From Octopus sinensis (Eukaryota): a stretch of DNA of 64,000 nt. The notes beneath the pieces were generated by a model. The model worked only from the letters and a program-made list of their open reading frames with translations, searched no databases and had not been told where the DNA came from. Shown one piece after another: positions 51,022 through 64,000 of this stretch (its first letter is position 1; each line of letters begins with the position of its first letter). Made by a program: the position numbers and the translations under genes. The DNA is taken from NCBI RefSeq assembly GCF_006345805.1, contig NC_043000.1, forward strand, positions 137,764,001 to 137,828,000, given 5' to 3'.

Positions 51022-52285
51022 TCTCGCTATATAAAAGGTGTGTGTGTGTGTGTATGTGCGTATGTGTTTTATCTGTGTGTGTGTGTGTGGTGCGTATTCT
51101 CCTTATGGAGTCGGAAACTGAGTTACCGATTTTGACGTATAAGGCACCAAAATATTCAGTAATCTTTCGTCTACCAAATGAAGTATGTTTTTTTTTTATT
51201 TTGACAACACTTTTTTTACTACATACTAAACCTCGAAAACGAGGTCGGCTTGCACAATTTTGAGATTATTTTCAGGTAATATTTGCATTTGCTTCTAATT
51301 TACGTTGCCAATTTTTATGTTTTCGGTGTAAAGAAATGCAGTAGTGTGCAAGGCGTGTTATGAATGCATTTATGATGTACAAACACGTATTTGTTAACAG
51401 AAACCGAATAAATAACATGCTTTTTTGGAACAATTATTGGCATATTTTACCCCAGTAATGGCCTTTGTGCTACAACTAAACAGCCACTGTAAACGTTTTC
51501 AGTATTCCCTAATTAAACAATGTCTTTGATGTATTGTGATACCATTTTTTTTGCACAAATCCCTATTTTTCAACAGATATTTGACTAATGAACCGTGTTT
51601 CTGGCATAATTGTGATCACTTCTGGCATTACTACAAGAAAACATTTTTCCATGTAGATTTTTTTCGTAGCAAACGACTCAGGAATCCTGAACTTGCATTT
51701 TCAGGTTTAAATTCAATAAAATGCTCCGAAGAATTAAGAATAGTAAGAGCTTATATTCGTTCAAGTGTGGTAAAGACGTGAAGCAATGACTAAAAGCTTT
51801 CGAGCTCTTTTGCCTTTAAGATTTTCCACTTTATTCAACCCAATTTATGCAAAGTTGCTTATCGTTATAAGTATATATTTATGTCTATTATTTATTCTAT
51901 GATCCACAACGTTTGTAAAGATTTTGCTACAATCTTCCTACTTTTCAATGTTTGAGCGTGTACTATAACGTGGGTGTCGCGATGGAAAACAAATGTCTGA
52001 CTTGATAACCTCAGTGAAGACAACAATAGCACCGCGCATCGATGCGAAAGCATATTAAGGTCACATGCACACATGAGTTCGCCCAAGGTAAGTGTCCCAT
52101 CATTCGTCCGGATGCACACAGTGTTCACTGATTGGTACAATTTCAAATCAGTTTTTCTTTATCAGAGACATGTACTGTAATACCAGTTGGTCCTGGTGTT
52201 ATTGTTATCAACAACCTGCGTAACGCCGCAGTGCATTTTGTGTGGTGCGTACCTTCCGCTTGAATTCGAAAATTGAGTATGTATA

Positions 52286-52343
<58 letters not shown>

Positions 52344-52466
52344 CATATACATATACATACTCAATTTATATATATACAGTACATATACATATACATACTC
52401 AATATATATATAGTACAATGTGGCTGTAGGTCATAACATCTGGACAACGCCGGGATGCATTGCTAG
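51022..52466 (+). mobile_element. Probable 1.45-kb non-autonomous Helitron-like element
   Basis: A|TCTCGCTATATAAAAGG start followed by (TG)n; 3' end CTGGACAACGCCGGGATGCATTG-CTAG|T resembles the ends at 13329 and 29072. Confidence 0.55.
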
Positions 52467-52675
52467 TATTGTAATAAAGATTCCTTTCTCCTTTGTGTAA
52501 TTAGTCCGAGAAGAAAAATATAATAAGAAACCATTCATTCAGGTTGACTTGATTATTTAGTAAATGCTTTAAAGGGTTTCATGCTTGTTTCATATTACCT
52601 CAGCATATATATGATAATAAGTGAATGAATTGTAAAAAGCTTTTGATCTTAATATCCTTTTAGCTTTCATGACAT

Positions 52676-53085
52676 AGGCGCAGGAGTGGCTGTGTGGTAA
52701 GTAGCTTGCTAACCAACCACATGGTTCCGGGTTCAGTCCCACTGCGTGGCATCTTGGGCAAGTGTCTTCTGCTATAGCCCCGGGCCGACCAATGCCTTGT
52801 GAGTGGATTTGGTAGACGGAAACTGAAAGAAGCCTGTCGTATATATGTATATATGTATATATATATATGTATGTGTGTGTGTTTGTGTGTCTGTGTTTGT
52901 CCCCACCCCAGCATTGTTTGACAATCGATGCCGGTGTGTTTACGTCCCCGTCACCTAGCGGTTCGGCAAAAGAGACCGATTGAATAAGTACTGGGCTTAC
53001 AAAAAATAAGTCCCGGGGTCGAGTTGTTCGACTAAAGGTGGTGCTCCAGCATGGCCGCAGTCAAATGACTGAAACAAATAAAAAA
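52676..53085 (+). mobile_element. Full-length tRNA-SINE family A, young copy
   Basis: AGGCGCAGGAGTGGCTGTGTGG head through TGACTGAAAC tail. Confidence 0.93.
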
Positions 53086-53617
53086 AAATATTCAATACGT
53101 GGGAAGGCGTCCTAGTATGAATCTATTTTTTTAAATATGATAAATTGTGAGATAGTAAACTTTCTTCTCGCTATATTCATTAACTACTGTACTTAGATAT
53201 GGTATTTATCTCTAGGTCGGAAAAACCGTTATCGCATTAAATTCAAACTCATGGGATTCGACATACATTAAAATACAGAGTACAGTATCTTACATTTAGC
53301 AAATATATATGTCTACAAAATAAAGTAAAGTGAACATCCTACATTTAATATTCATCTTTAATATATTACATTTTAGAGCTTTTCAAATTATTATTAGTAT
53401 ACGTTTACCATAATTAAAAAATTAGTAGCATTGAAGTATTTTAATGATATTTGCATACTTCTACATAATTTATTTTCGACTTCTTTCCATGTAGATCTGC
53501 ATCTATTTACAACAGTCATTAACTGGAGTTTATATTTGAAGCTTTCGCACTTTAACATGTAGCCATATACATCACCGTCAATTCAAGCCTGTGTGTATGT
53601 TCTTATATATATATATG

Positions 53618-53850
53618 TATTTCTTTACTATCCACAAGGGGCTAAACATAGAGGGGACAAGCAAGGACAGACAAACGGATTAAGTCGATTACATCGACCC
53701 CAGTGCGTAACCGGTACTTAATTTAACGACCCCGAAAGGATGAAAGGCAAAGTCGACCTCGGCGGAATTTGAACTCAGAACGTAACCGCAGACGAAATAC
53801 GGCTACGCATTTCGCCCGGTGTGCTAACGTTTCTGCCAGCTTGCCGCCTT
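53618..53850 (-). mobile_element. Full-length SINE-B
   Basis: Near-consensus copy inserted in a TA run. Confidence 0.92.
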
Positions 53851-53860
53851 ATATATATAC

Positions 53861-53929
<69 letters not shown>

Positions 53930-54025
53930 TGTATGTATGTATGTATGTATGTATGTATGTATGTATGTATGTATGTATGTATGTATGTATGTATGTATGT
54001 ATGTATGTATGTATGTATGTATGTA

Positions 54026-54116
<91 letters not shown>
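53851..54116. repeat. (TA)n-(TATG)n-(TG)n graded compound microsatellite
   Basis: Direct. Confidence 0.95.
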
Positions 54117-54119
<3 letters not shown>

Positions 54120-55837
54120 GAATACATTTCCGCAACATTGATATAAATGGATTTAACTTCATTCCTATTGCCTGAAACAAATATATCCTCAATGTTCGAC
54201 AACAAGAAAATGTTGATGGAAGAATATTTCCTCACCATGACTTCTTTGCAAAGGACATATAGTTCCGTGGGAGTTAACATAATAAATGCAGTAAATCTAC
54301 AGAATCAGCTAAAATGAAAAGGGAGAACGTATTTATGTAAATATGTCGTAAACCAAGTGCAATATTTTGTTAAATAGCATAATATCGACATATTATTGAC
54401 GTAAACTCGAATGATTTCTGCTTCAGATCATTATTTTGCTCATACATCTATAATGCATTTGAAATGCATGAATGTCGTGTAATATAATTTATCAGCATTT
54501 AAACTCTAAAGCATTGTGTCTCTGTAAGTCAGCTGTATAATTCGTAATTTGTCAGCAGTATAATTCAAGATACTTATAAACTGATATATTCTTTTCATTA
54601 TTGTTTGCTCAAACATTACGTTGTCACTATTAGTTTTGAAAGATCATTGAATTAATTCCAAAATTGTTAGGTCAAACAAAATCTAAATGATTTAGAATTC
54701 GATTAGAGAAGAGTTATAATTATATTTGAATTTCTTTTAAATGTCAATAAACTTACCTGAGATATAATAATCAAATTTATATCTTCAAACTTATAATGTT
54801 CGACTTTATCTCCAATATGAAGAACAACTACTTTATTGAATGTTAGATAGTAGTAAACAACATTTTCAAAACGAAGAAATTACTTTATTGTGAATCTTTT
54901 AGGTAATATTTTTGAATAACATAATTTAAGTAAAATTCATATATATATATTTAATGATTATCTATAGTAGTTTGACATTCAAAATAAAACCACACAACAT
55001 TCGTGCCGTTAGCGCAAATCGAAAAAGCAAAGTGATGAAAGTAAATGGTAGAATAACAGTTTATGTTGTTATTTCTCCACTTAATGTAACTTTGTTGGGT
55101 TGATCTGTTTAGAAAGTACGCATCGTATAAGCAAGGAAATGAAAAGTCTTGTGCTTATTGTTGAAACAAAATTTTCAAATTTAAATAGTATATTTGCTAT
55201 ACAGGAAATATTCATTAAACTTAGTACCGAATCAATTATCCAAGAACAATAGATTCAACGAATACTTCTAGATTTTAAATAAACTAGTAATTCTGGCATT
55301 TTAGATTAGTTTCCATAAAGAAATAATGTACTTGTATTTGCCCAGCGTAACAAAGATTTACTGCAATGATTATCTTGAATAATTGCTTTATTTATATCGG
55401 AATAGACACCTTTATAGTATGATTTAGAGAAAATGTAAGTCATTTTGAAACAATAATATAAGAAGTATTGCATAACATGTTTGGTTATTGAGATAAACTT
55501 TTGTGTTCTTATGACAAGAAGAATGAAGTCCATATCTGCAAATACTGAGTACGTGAAAATAACTACGTACAAAGCTCACTGCTTTTGTTCCACAGAAAGT
55601 GAAATATTTGCTATTTCTGTTTGGGCTAGAGCAAAAATAATTTAAGGAAATGACTTGAGATGAACATAAAAATGTTAGAACCTTTTTGGAAACTCCTGTG
55701 TTTGTAGAAAACAAAATTATAATATCCAAATAAAAGTGAATATCTTCGGATCAATAACTGATAGCTAAATATGAAATTTTAGAAAATGCAGTGCAATGTG
55801 GAGAAACATATTTTAAAATGGTAAGATCATCATATAT

Positions 55838-56245
55838 CCTAAATATTGGTTTCAAATTTCGGCGCAAGGCCAGCATTTTTGGGGGAGAGGATAAGTCAAT
55901 TACATCAACCACAATGCTCAACAGGCACGTATATTATCATCTCCGAAAGAATGAAAGGCAAAGTTGACCAAGGGGGAATTTCAACTCAGAATATATACAC
56001 GAACGAAATACTTATTTCTTTACTATCCACAATGGGGCTAAACACAGAGGGGACAAACAAGGACAGACAAACGGATTAAGTCGATTACATCGACCCCAGT
56101 GCGTAACTGGTTCTTAATTTATCGACCCCGAAAGGATGAAAGGCAAAGTCGACCTCGGCGGAATTTGAACTCAGAACGTAACGGCAGACGAAATACAGCA
56201 ACGCATTTCGCCGGCGTGCTAACGATTCTGCCAGCTCGTCGCACT
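55838..56245 (-). mobile_element. SINE-B (56245->56013) joined to a headless older alternative-tail SINE-B (56012->55838)
   Basis: Minus-strand junction ...GTAAAGAAATAA|GTATTTCGTTC... Confidence 0.85.
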
Positions 56246-58204
56246 TCTATGTAATAAATATCAATAAATGTTAGTTACAATATGCCTTCTGTAGATGAAA
56301 ATTTGAAGATTGTATCACTAAAAGTATTTAATTCACATGAAGTTCTGTATTTAGTATTTTTTCATATAATGTCTCCAATTGCTGTTTATTGTTTGAAGAT
56401 ATGGAGAAAATATAGAGTAGATCAACAAACTAAAATATTAGGTTCTCAATAAAACTTGTTTGTATTTTCCATTCCGAATGTAGCAGCGCACATAGGTCTC
56501 TTTAAATTCTCACGCCTTAGAAATTGTATTTTAGTCTATTTCTATGTTCTGTAATATCATTAGAATATTAATTATTTCATCTCAAAGATTTCTGCCTCCT
56601 ACCACTTTACTATTTGAACATAAGAAATCTGGTGAATTATTTCTCAAGTACTGTTTTCTTTTCCATAACACCAATATTAAAAAAATAATTACGACCAGAG
56701 TAAGTGTGGTTGAATAATTACACATTTACCATTTAGCTGGCAAAGGGCAACATTCAGAAAATATTGAAATACATGTAGTTGGACGTTCACATGGAGAACA
56801 CGAGGAAAAATAGGGAATTTCAGATTAGTGTAGTTTAGTATTTAGTGTGGGATTTACGGGTTGTGACAAAGTATGAATGAAAAGCGAAGGTAAATTGGGT
56901 GTTGTGAAAGCTTGATCCATCTCATCAAGCAGATTGCTATTTCAGCAGCAATAGCTACAGTTGAAGTTACGAGCAAAGTATTCTGTGCTTGTAGTAGGAA
57001 ATGCGTGCGGGATAAACATAAATCAACCGGGTTGCCCTCATCATAGCTTAGCAAGATAGCGTTGTGTAGGTAATATCTCATGTACATTAGGATTTTCTCT
57101 ATAACTCATAATTTAGTGTTGTAGAAGATTGCCTGTTTATTTTCTGTTCAGGGATAGATTTTAGAATACAGTTTTAGACTGGTTATATCCAGAAATTGCT
57201 AATCAAGTATCACCAGAAATTGTAAGTTCTAATATTCGTGGAGATAGAGTGTTAGTTAGTTATGTATTGTTTAAATAGCTATTTACATATGACACACCTA
57301 GAGTAAACTTGATGAAGAGGTTACATTTCAATCTGACATATATTCACAGTGGGGGTGTTATACTTTAGCTCAAGGAATCAATAGCGTTTGTCATTTAGAA
57401 ACTGATATTTCGTGTTGACGCCTTGCTTGTAGCCAAAATTTACTTTTTCCCTTTATGTGAGTCTTTATTGAATCAAAGAAATAGCAATTTTAGATTATCT
57501 TTCTTGTAAAGTTAACTAGATTGCTAAAAGAAAGAAAATGGAGAAATTATTTTGGATAGTTTTATTCTCTATCGTATATCCTTTCTAATCTCGATGAAAC
57601 ATCATTTCGGGAATAGTTTTTTCATAATTTAAAAGTAAGATAATCTTGGGTAAGGTTAAGAACGGAACTTTAAAAGAATGAATACGTATACCCTAACATG
57701 AATGAATTGGATAATGTTGATGTTCTCGCGAAATATTAAGATGTCCCACAAAATTAATTTTAGTTTTGCTTTTAACACATTAAAGGAAGAACACACATAA
57801 TGAACACATGCAATATTAAGTGCAATCATAGAAACGAAGAGTGCGACGAAGATGTAGGAATTTACCCTGTTGTCAACAAACATTTCATTTCTGAAAAAAA
57901 AATGTGTTCATTGAATGAAACTAAAAATTATTTTGTAAGCAACGACGGAGGGAAGTTTTCTTTAATAATACAATGAATAAATGAAAATACACTAAAGTAT
58001 CTACAATTGTAGCTATAGACGCTTATGAGTCAACGTTGTAATCTTTCCTTGGAACATGGAACTGACGTCACAGAATAAACATCATACGCGTGCACACACA
58101 CACGTACACGCACACACACGCACACATGCATATATATATTTATGTATCGTACGGAGAATGAGTGCTAAACACCACAGTGGAGGATAACTAATTTTTATTT
58201 TATT

Positions 58205-58370
58205 TATTTATTTTTTTATTTAGTTTCAGCTCACAAGCTGTGGCCATGCTGGGGCACCGCCATTTGGTGTTGCTACATGATTTTACTTCACGAATACTTT
58301 TTAGCAAATGCCATCTGGTGCATGAGAGAGTTCGATGCAGCTGCCCTCATCTGCATCTCCTGCCGTGAAA
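58205..58370 (-). mobile_element. Probable LINE 3' remnant ending in a SINE-A-like terminus
   Basis: Minus strand ...GGCGGTGCCCCAGCATGGCCACAGCTTGTGAGCTGAAACT with non-SINE sequence upstream. Confidence 0.45.
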
Positions 58371-58814
58371 TATTCTTTATTTGTAGATTAAAATGGCATT
58401 GAATACTTCCACGTGGAAGAGGTCACCACAATTATTCAATTTGTGAACCGCTTAGAAACATTGATAATTGTCTCCATTTTGAATGAGAATATATACGGTT
58501 ATGCAAACCTGCATGGGATTTTAATATAAATACAAGGATCAAAGAAGATAACTCATCGGAATAACTTTACATTTCTTTTTTATCGGTCTTGGAGATTTGC
58601 AAGAATTTGCGTTGAACATACATTAATTCCTTACTTATCTTATTCGAGAACGTTCATGCACATCCATACACACACACTCGCACATTTATGCATCCTCCAT
58701 TTTGTGTTGATGTTTGAGTGTGCGCGTATTATGATTTGAAACGTTTTACAGGTTTTGAACACAAAACGTCTTCCTGGAGTTTAAGTTCATAAAGACAAAC
58801 AATAATTTCATTTA

Positions 58815-58890
<76 letters not shown>

Positions 58891-59423
58891 TGTGTGTGTG
58901 TACCGTAGTTTGCCAGCAAGATCAGGGTTTATTTCCTGCAGAAGAATATGTAAAACCCAAAGAACTGTAAAAGAATGCATAAAGTAGATAGCTAAGGCAC
59001 CTGAAACCAGTTCAAGTTGGCTGTGGCTCATTACAGACAGCAAATAGAACCAGTCCTTGATGCATCAGACAGAGCAGAAGGAAGTAAAAACATTGCGACT
59101 CCAAGATAATTTCAAAAGAGTTTTTCCATCGCTACAGATTTATTAGAAAAAGTGGTTCCATTATATATAAGTTTCTTCGTCGGGTAGAGTATCGCCGTTG
59201 TTTACTTCACCACTTTGCCTATATATTTATATACATACGCATCTTTGTATGTATGTATGTATGCATGTATGTATGTACGTATTTATGTATGGATGTATGT
59301 AAATATGAATGTATATATGCATGTACGTGAGTTTACGCGTGTATACACACATACACACACACATATATATTTCTTTACTTTTACCGAGAATACTGTAGAA
59401 AACGACTAGAGTTTATCGAACTG

Positions 59424-59456
59424 CTCCATGGAGGCTAAACAGGCCGAAACGTCGAG
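59424..59456 (+). other. Hammerhead-like relic (Penelope-type)
   Basis: ...ATGGA-GGC-TAAACAG-GCC-GAAACGTCG: stem II and GAAAC are intact, the CUGANGA box is corrupted. Confidence 0.3.
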
Positions 59457-60283
59457 ATCATTGTGAGCATTATCCTTGTTAAGTAATAATATCTACTCTA
59501 AAATAAGTACTGAATACTCCAACTTAGCGAATTTTTTTATTTTATTTATTCATTTATTATTATTTTTTTTTTTTTTTTGATACCACGATGTTAGGTGGTG
59601 AGCCAGCAGAATCGATAAAATGCCGGATAAAAACACCACCCTCATTTTGTTTGTCTTGACGTGTTGAGTTCAAATTCCACCGACTTTGCAATTCTTCCTT
59701 TTGAAGTCGAAACGTTTATAAACTCAACATAAAAGCAAGCATTTATGTATAAATTAGAAACGTGAAATTGCATGAAGCTAGAATTGAAAATGAAAACCAA
59801 AAAAAAAAAAAAAAATTCTAGACAAGCAATTGAGATACATTGAAATCGGTTAGCATCAAAAGTAAACTTCCTAAACTACGCTTTGTATCGAATATTTTGC
59901 TTTCTATAATGTTAAACGGAAATCTCGAAACGCCTGTCAAAAGGCAGAAAGTGAGAAGCGAAAATTCTCTAATTTCATTCATCCGGTTTTATTTCTAAGA
60001 AGTTCCGAAGTAATTATGCATTCAAATATGAATTTTCCTTTGGAAAACATTATCTTTACATACTAAAATGTAATAGTAGATAGATTTTCTGATTTCTACC
60101 GACAACACTGTGTTTATTTGACTTTCACCTTCTTTATTTTTTCCTAAAGACATATCATTTACGCTATTTACGTTTGCTTTTCAAACTAACACATACACGC
60201 ATAAATGCATACATTCCTCTCTCTCTATATGTGTAAATGCATGCATGTATGTATGTATGTATGTATGTATGTGTGAATGTATG

Positions 60284-60299
<16 letters not shown>

Positions 60300-60328
<29 letters not shown>

Positions 60329-60423
60329 TTAGATATAAGTAAGTGTATGTATATACATATATATTTAAACTTATTTATATGTACATATATGTAAGGATAC
60401 ATGAGTGCAAACACACACACACA

Positions 60424-60464
<41 letters not shown>

Positions 60465-60575
60465 TTAGATATAAGTAAGTGTATGTATATACATATATAT
60501 TTAAACTTATTTATATGTACATATATGTAAGGATACATGAGTGCAAACACACACACACATATATGTATATATATA
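60300..60575. repeat. Tandem duplication, about 136-bp period, bounded by (TA)n
   Basis: CCTTAGATATAAGTAAGTG... at 60327 and 60463. Confidence 0.9.
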
Positions 60576-60689
60576 TATATATGTGTATGTATATACATAT
60601 ATATACATATATAGGTGTATATATACGCGTATATATATACATATATTTACATGTACATACATACATATATATATATACATGTATATATA

Positions 60690-60771
60690 AATAGATAGAT
60701 AGATAGGTAGGTAGGTAGATAGATAAATAGATAGGTAGGTAGGTAGATAGATAAATAGATAGGTAGGTAGG

Positions 60772-60840
<69 letters not shown>

Positions 60841-60862
60841 GGATGGATGGATGGATAGATAG
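60690..60862. repeat. (GATA)n/(GGTA)n/(GGAT)n tetranucleotide repeat
   Basis: Direct. Confidence 0.95.
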
Positions 60863-63800
60863 ACATTCGTACTCTAATGTTTGTGGTTCGATTACAATTA
60901 TGTACTAACGTTTGAAAATCTAGAACAAAAGACTTCAACCCTATCATTAATCCTCTGATTTCTCTTTGCTAAACAGCAGAATTTACTTTTCACTCTCAAA
61001 CGATGGTGTGGGGTGGGGATGGGGGGTTCTGTTTTAATTCTCGCCACGTTAATGCTGCATATGTAAATCTTCGACGATTTTGAAAGTTGGCAGTTTACAA
61101 CGTTCAATCTTAATGCTTCCTTATATATTTCTGTTTAGTCTTAATATGTTTTTTCGTTATTTTTTCATTCTATTTTGTATTTCCTGCTATAATACTTTCG
61201 TTCATAGGTATTAATTTCTTATCGATAGCAACGCACAGTTAGTGTGAGGCTACATCTGAAGAAACTCGTGTTTTTATTATTTTTCTCTTACTCTTTAATG
61301 TTCCGGCATTATATCTACTTTTGTACGCTTTACCTTCGTATTGGTATTACTTCTTAGAGAAATTCATTGTTAAAGAAATAATAACGCTACCGGTTCTCTG
61401 GGGTCTTACACTTGCAATGTAATATTAATATCATCATTATTTTCATCATTGCTATTATCTAGATATTTGTTTAAGATGGGCATTTAAATTCTAGTTGTCG
61501 GAAGAAAGAAGTTGTGGATATACAAACTGAAAAGAAAAGAAAAATTAAGAAGATAAATAAAGAACAATATAATAGAAAGATAAAAAAGAACACAATAAAC
61601 AGTAACATCAATTTAACAATTGGTGTGAATTCTAGAAAAATAAGTGGATGACTTTGTCTAGGTGAACTTCAGTTTTTGTTTTTGTGATTGTTGTAGTTGC
61701 ATACCGTTCATGGGAGGAAAAGAAAAATTATAGATGAAAACAAGTTAGACAAACATTACCTGAAAGAACATTCTTGATTATTCCTTTCGCCATGCGAGTG
61801 TATCATGTTTGGTTTTCATAGGAATTCTAAACATGTAACAACAGCCTTAGAATCTTAATTTATGCTAATCAGTGTCAGATGGGCATTTTAGAATTTACGA
61901 TCTGCAAGAGAATAGAACTAAATAAAAATAATAACAAAATGTTAAAGAAAATAAAAATGCTAACGTAAAACGATGAGAGAAAAGTAAGGACGTAATTAAT
62001 GAAGAAAAGAAAGAAGGGGTGCAAAGAGAGAAAGGAAATGGGTTTACAAAGTTAAAGTAAAACAAATATAAATAATAATATGAATTAATAAAAGAGACAA
62101 CATTAAAGGTAAGAAGAACGGCCCATTGGGATTCTGTATAGGAGGCAAAAGCAACCTAATAGTGAATAGCGGAAAGTTGCAAACGCTAGACGACTAGTAA
62201 TAAGGTTAAAGCTATCATTAATAACATTAATCACAACTGAGACAGCTGAGATTCGGCCTGCTGTGTATTTTGTCTATTATTTACATCTTCGGTGGGCAGA
62301 AGCTAAGGTACTTAATGCTAGTGTGCTACTATTAACAAGGGAAAACAAAAGAAAACTGTAAATTTGATTAAATGATTTTCTCTCTCTGAATCTCTGAAAT
62401 GGCGGGCTTAATTTCATTCACGAATACAACCTTGTGTAAGAAAGGTTGTTATCACAGAGTTGAGTACCGAAGAGAATAATTAGGTTCCTGGGTATTAATT
62501 CAAGTGATGTTACGTTTGCGTTTAAACGCCCATACGAACGCACACACATTTATTGTGAAGGGGAAAGAGAAAAAGAGTGAGTGAGTGAGAGAGAGAAAAA
62601 GAGCACAGGCTGTAGCTAGACAGCTATGCTATAAATATACTTTTGTGTAAATGTATGTATGTACAGTTTGCTGCTTATCTGTATGCAGTTAATTGACGAT
62701 GTGCCTTTATGTATGAGTATAAGGCCCAATTATATACAGCTATTGAGTAATTTTTATTCGATGTCTGATTATATTGTCTTTAAAAATATATAGAAAATAG
62801 CAAAACACTGCTTGTGTATCGGAATAAAATGTTTATATATATATTTAAGTGTGTGCGTGAAACTCTACGCCATCTATGTTTCTATAAATCTGTATGTGTG
62901 TGTGTGTAGTTGTGTATGTAGCACTGAAGTTTTACTCTGCATGTGAACTTTCGTTTACATAGATATACATAATGTGTGCTTTGCAATTTAAAACAATACA
63001 TTACGGTATGTCTGAGTAGCCAAAATTGTGGATACAGACAATTTATATTTTCGTCGATGTAAATTTGTGGGTGCATGTGTGTGTGCACGTGTTTGTGTGT
63101 GTGTGTTTGTGTTTGAGTTTGTGTTGTGTGTGTCTGTGTCTACAAACGTCCCATTTGCTTGTGTAATGCCTTATATATTTTATATGGTTGGTGTTGACAC
63201 GATTTCGAGCATAATCAATTTCTCATTGGAAATGTTTTGGTAGTGTTTCTGCCATATGCCCTTAGATGACTACCTTGTAATTATTTTGTGTTACATGTTC
63301 ATGACAAACGGATTACCCAGTCTGTCAAGCAACATTGGAACAGCCGTTTCAACCCGCCGCCTTTTTCAAAAATGGACTTTCAGTGTCAGCGTATAAGACC
63401 ATACTATGGGATATAAGAGACTTTGCTGGAACTATGCATGCAATCAATTTATGTCGGTCTTCGTATAAATGATATTTCATGGCGGAGAGGTACAGATTTT
63501 AAATCTGTAATGTAACCAGCAAAGACTATGCAGTATAGATTATCCATGGGGTAGTCATCTAAGGGCATATGGCAGAAATACTATCAAAACATGCAAAACA
63601 TCAAATTTTACAGTTTTCGGACAATATATTTCATTGGTGGATATTTCGAATTTTCTGAAATTAAAGAATATGTATTTCCTAATTATATTCCACCATTAGC
63701 TTTTTTTTATACGCGAAATAATAGTAATCAGCTTGGAGTCCTGAATATAGGCCTGATACGCTTCATGCGAAATATTTCGACTATTTTGATGTGTTGTGAC

Positions 63801-64000
63801 TATGGGGTCAATCACTCAAAAGAGAATAACTGAGATGTAAAGATTCAGGCTTTGTGTTATTTCGTTGTACATCTATCTTCAAAAATATACACATATTAAA
63901 ACAAGGGACTAAATACAATCTTCACTTTTTGTTCAGGGATCATTTTCCAGAGATGAGATCCTACTGGATCTGAGAAATATATAATTGTATTCCACGACAC

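Noticed and set aside
48565-57010. 14-nt exact match GGAAATGCGTGCGG at about 48565 and 56998 as a sign of paralogous exons
   Set aside because: The flanks do not align; one such match is compatible with chance.
27-63243. Dozens of YI/CV/HT/TH-rich ORFs in the track
   Set aside because: They are translations of (TA)n, (TG)n, (TATG)n and (GATA)n microsatellites, which lack stops in some frames.

Overview
AT-rich animal genomic DNA, almost certainly an octopod cephalopod (inferred from the very heavy microsatellite load and recurring tRNA-derived SINE families; not database-checked). No prokaryotic-type system, CRISPR array or intact autonomous transposon is present, and nearly every ORF in the supplied track is a microsatellite artefact. 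The window holds about 25 copies or remnants of four tRNA-SINE families (called A-D here), 5'-truncated or decayed LINEs (CR1-like x3, RTE x2, R4/Dong-like, a gag-like ORF1), four non-autonomous Helitron-like elements, a foldback MITE, a 344-bp near-perfect palindrome and Penelope-type hammerhead relics. The best-supported unusual feature is a full-length U6 snRNA copy fused to a full-length SINE-B. The two sit inside one 12-13-bp target-site duplication (44369-44734), so they retrotransposed together. Splice-signal reading also suggests an unannotated minus-strand gene with an 8-nt microexon (33.7-31.7 kb) and a possible small Cys-rich peptide gene (8.4-9.3 kb). These gene models are hand-built and of low to moderate confidence.
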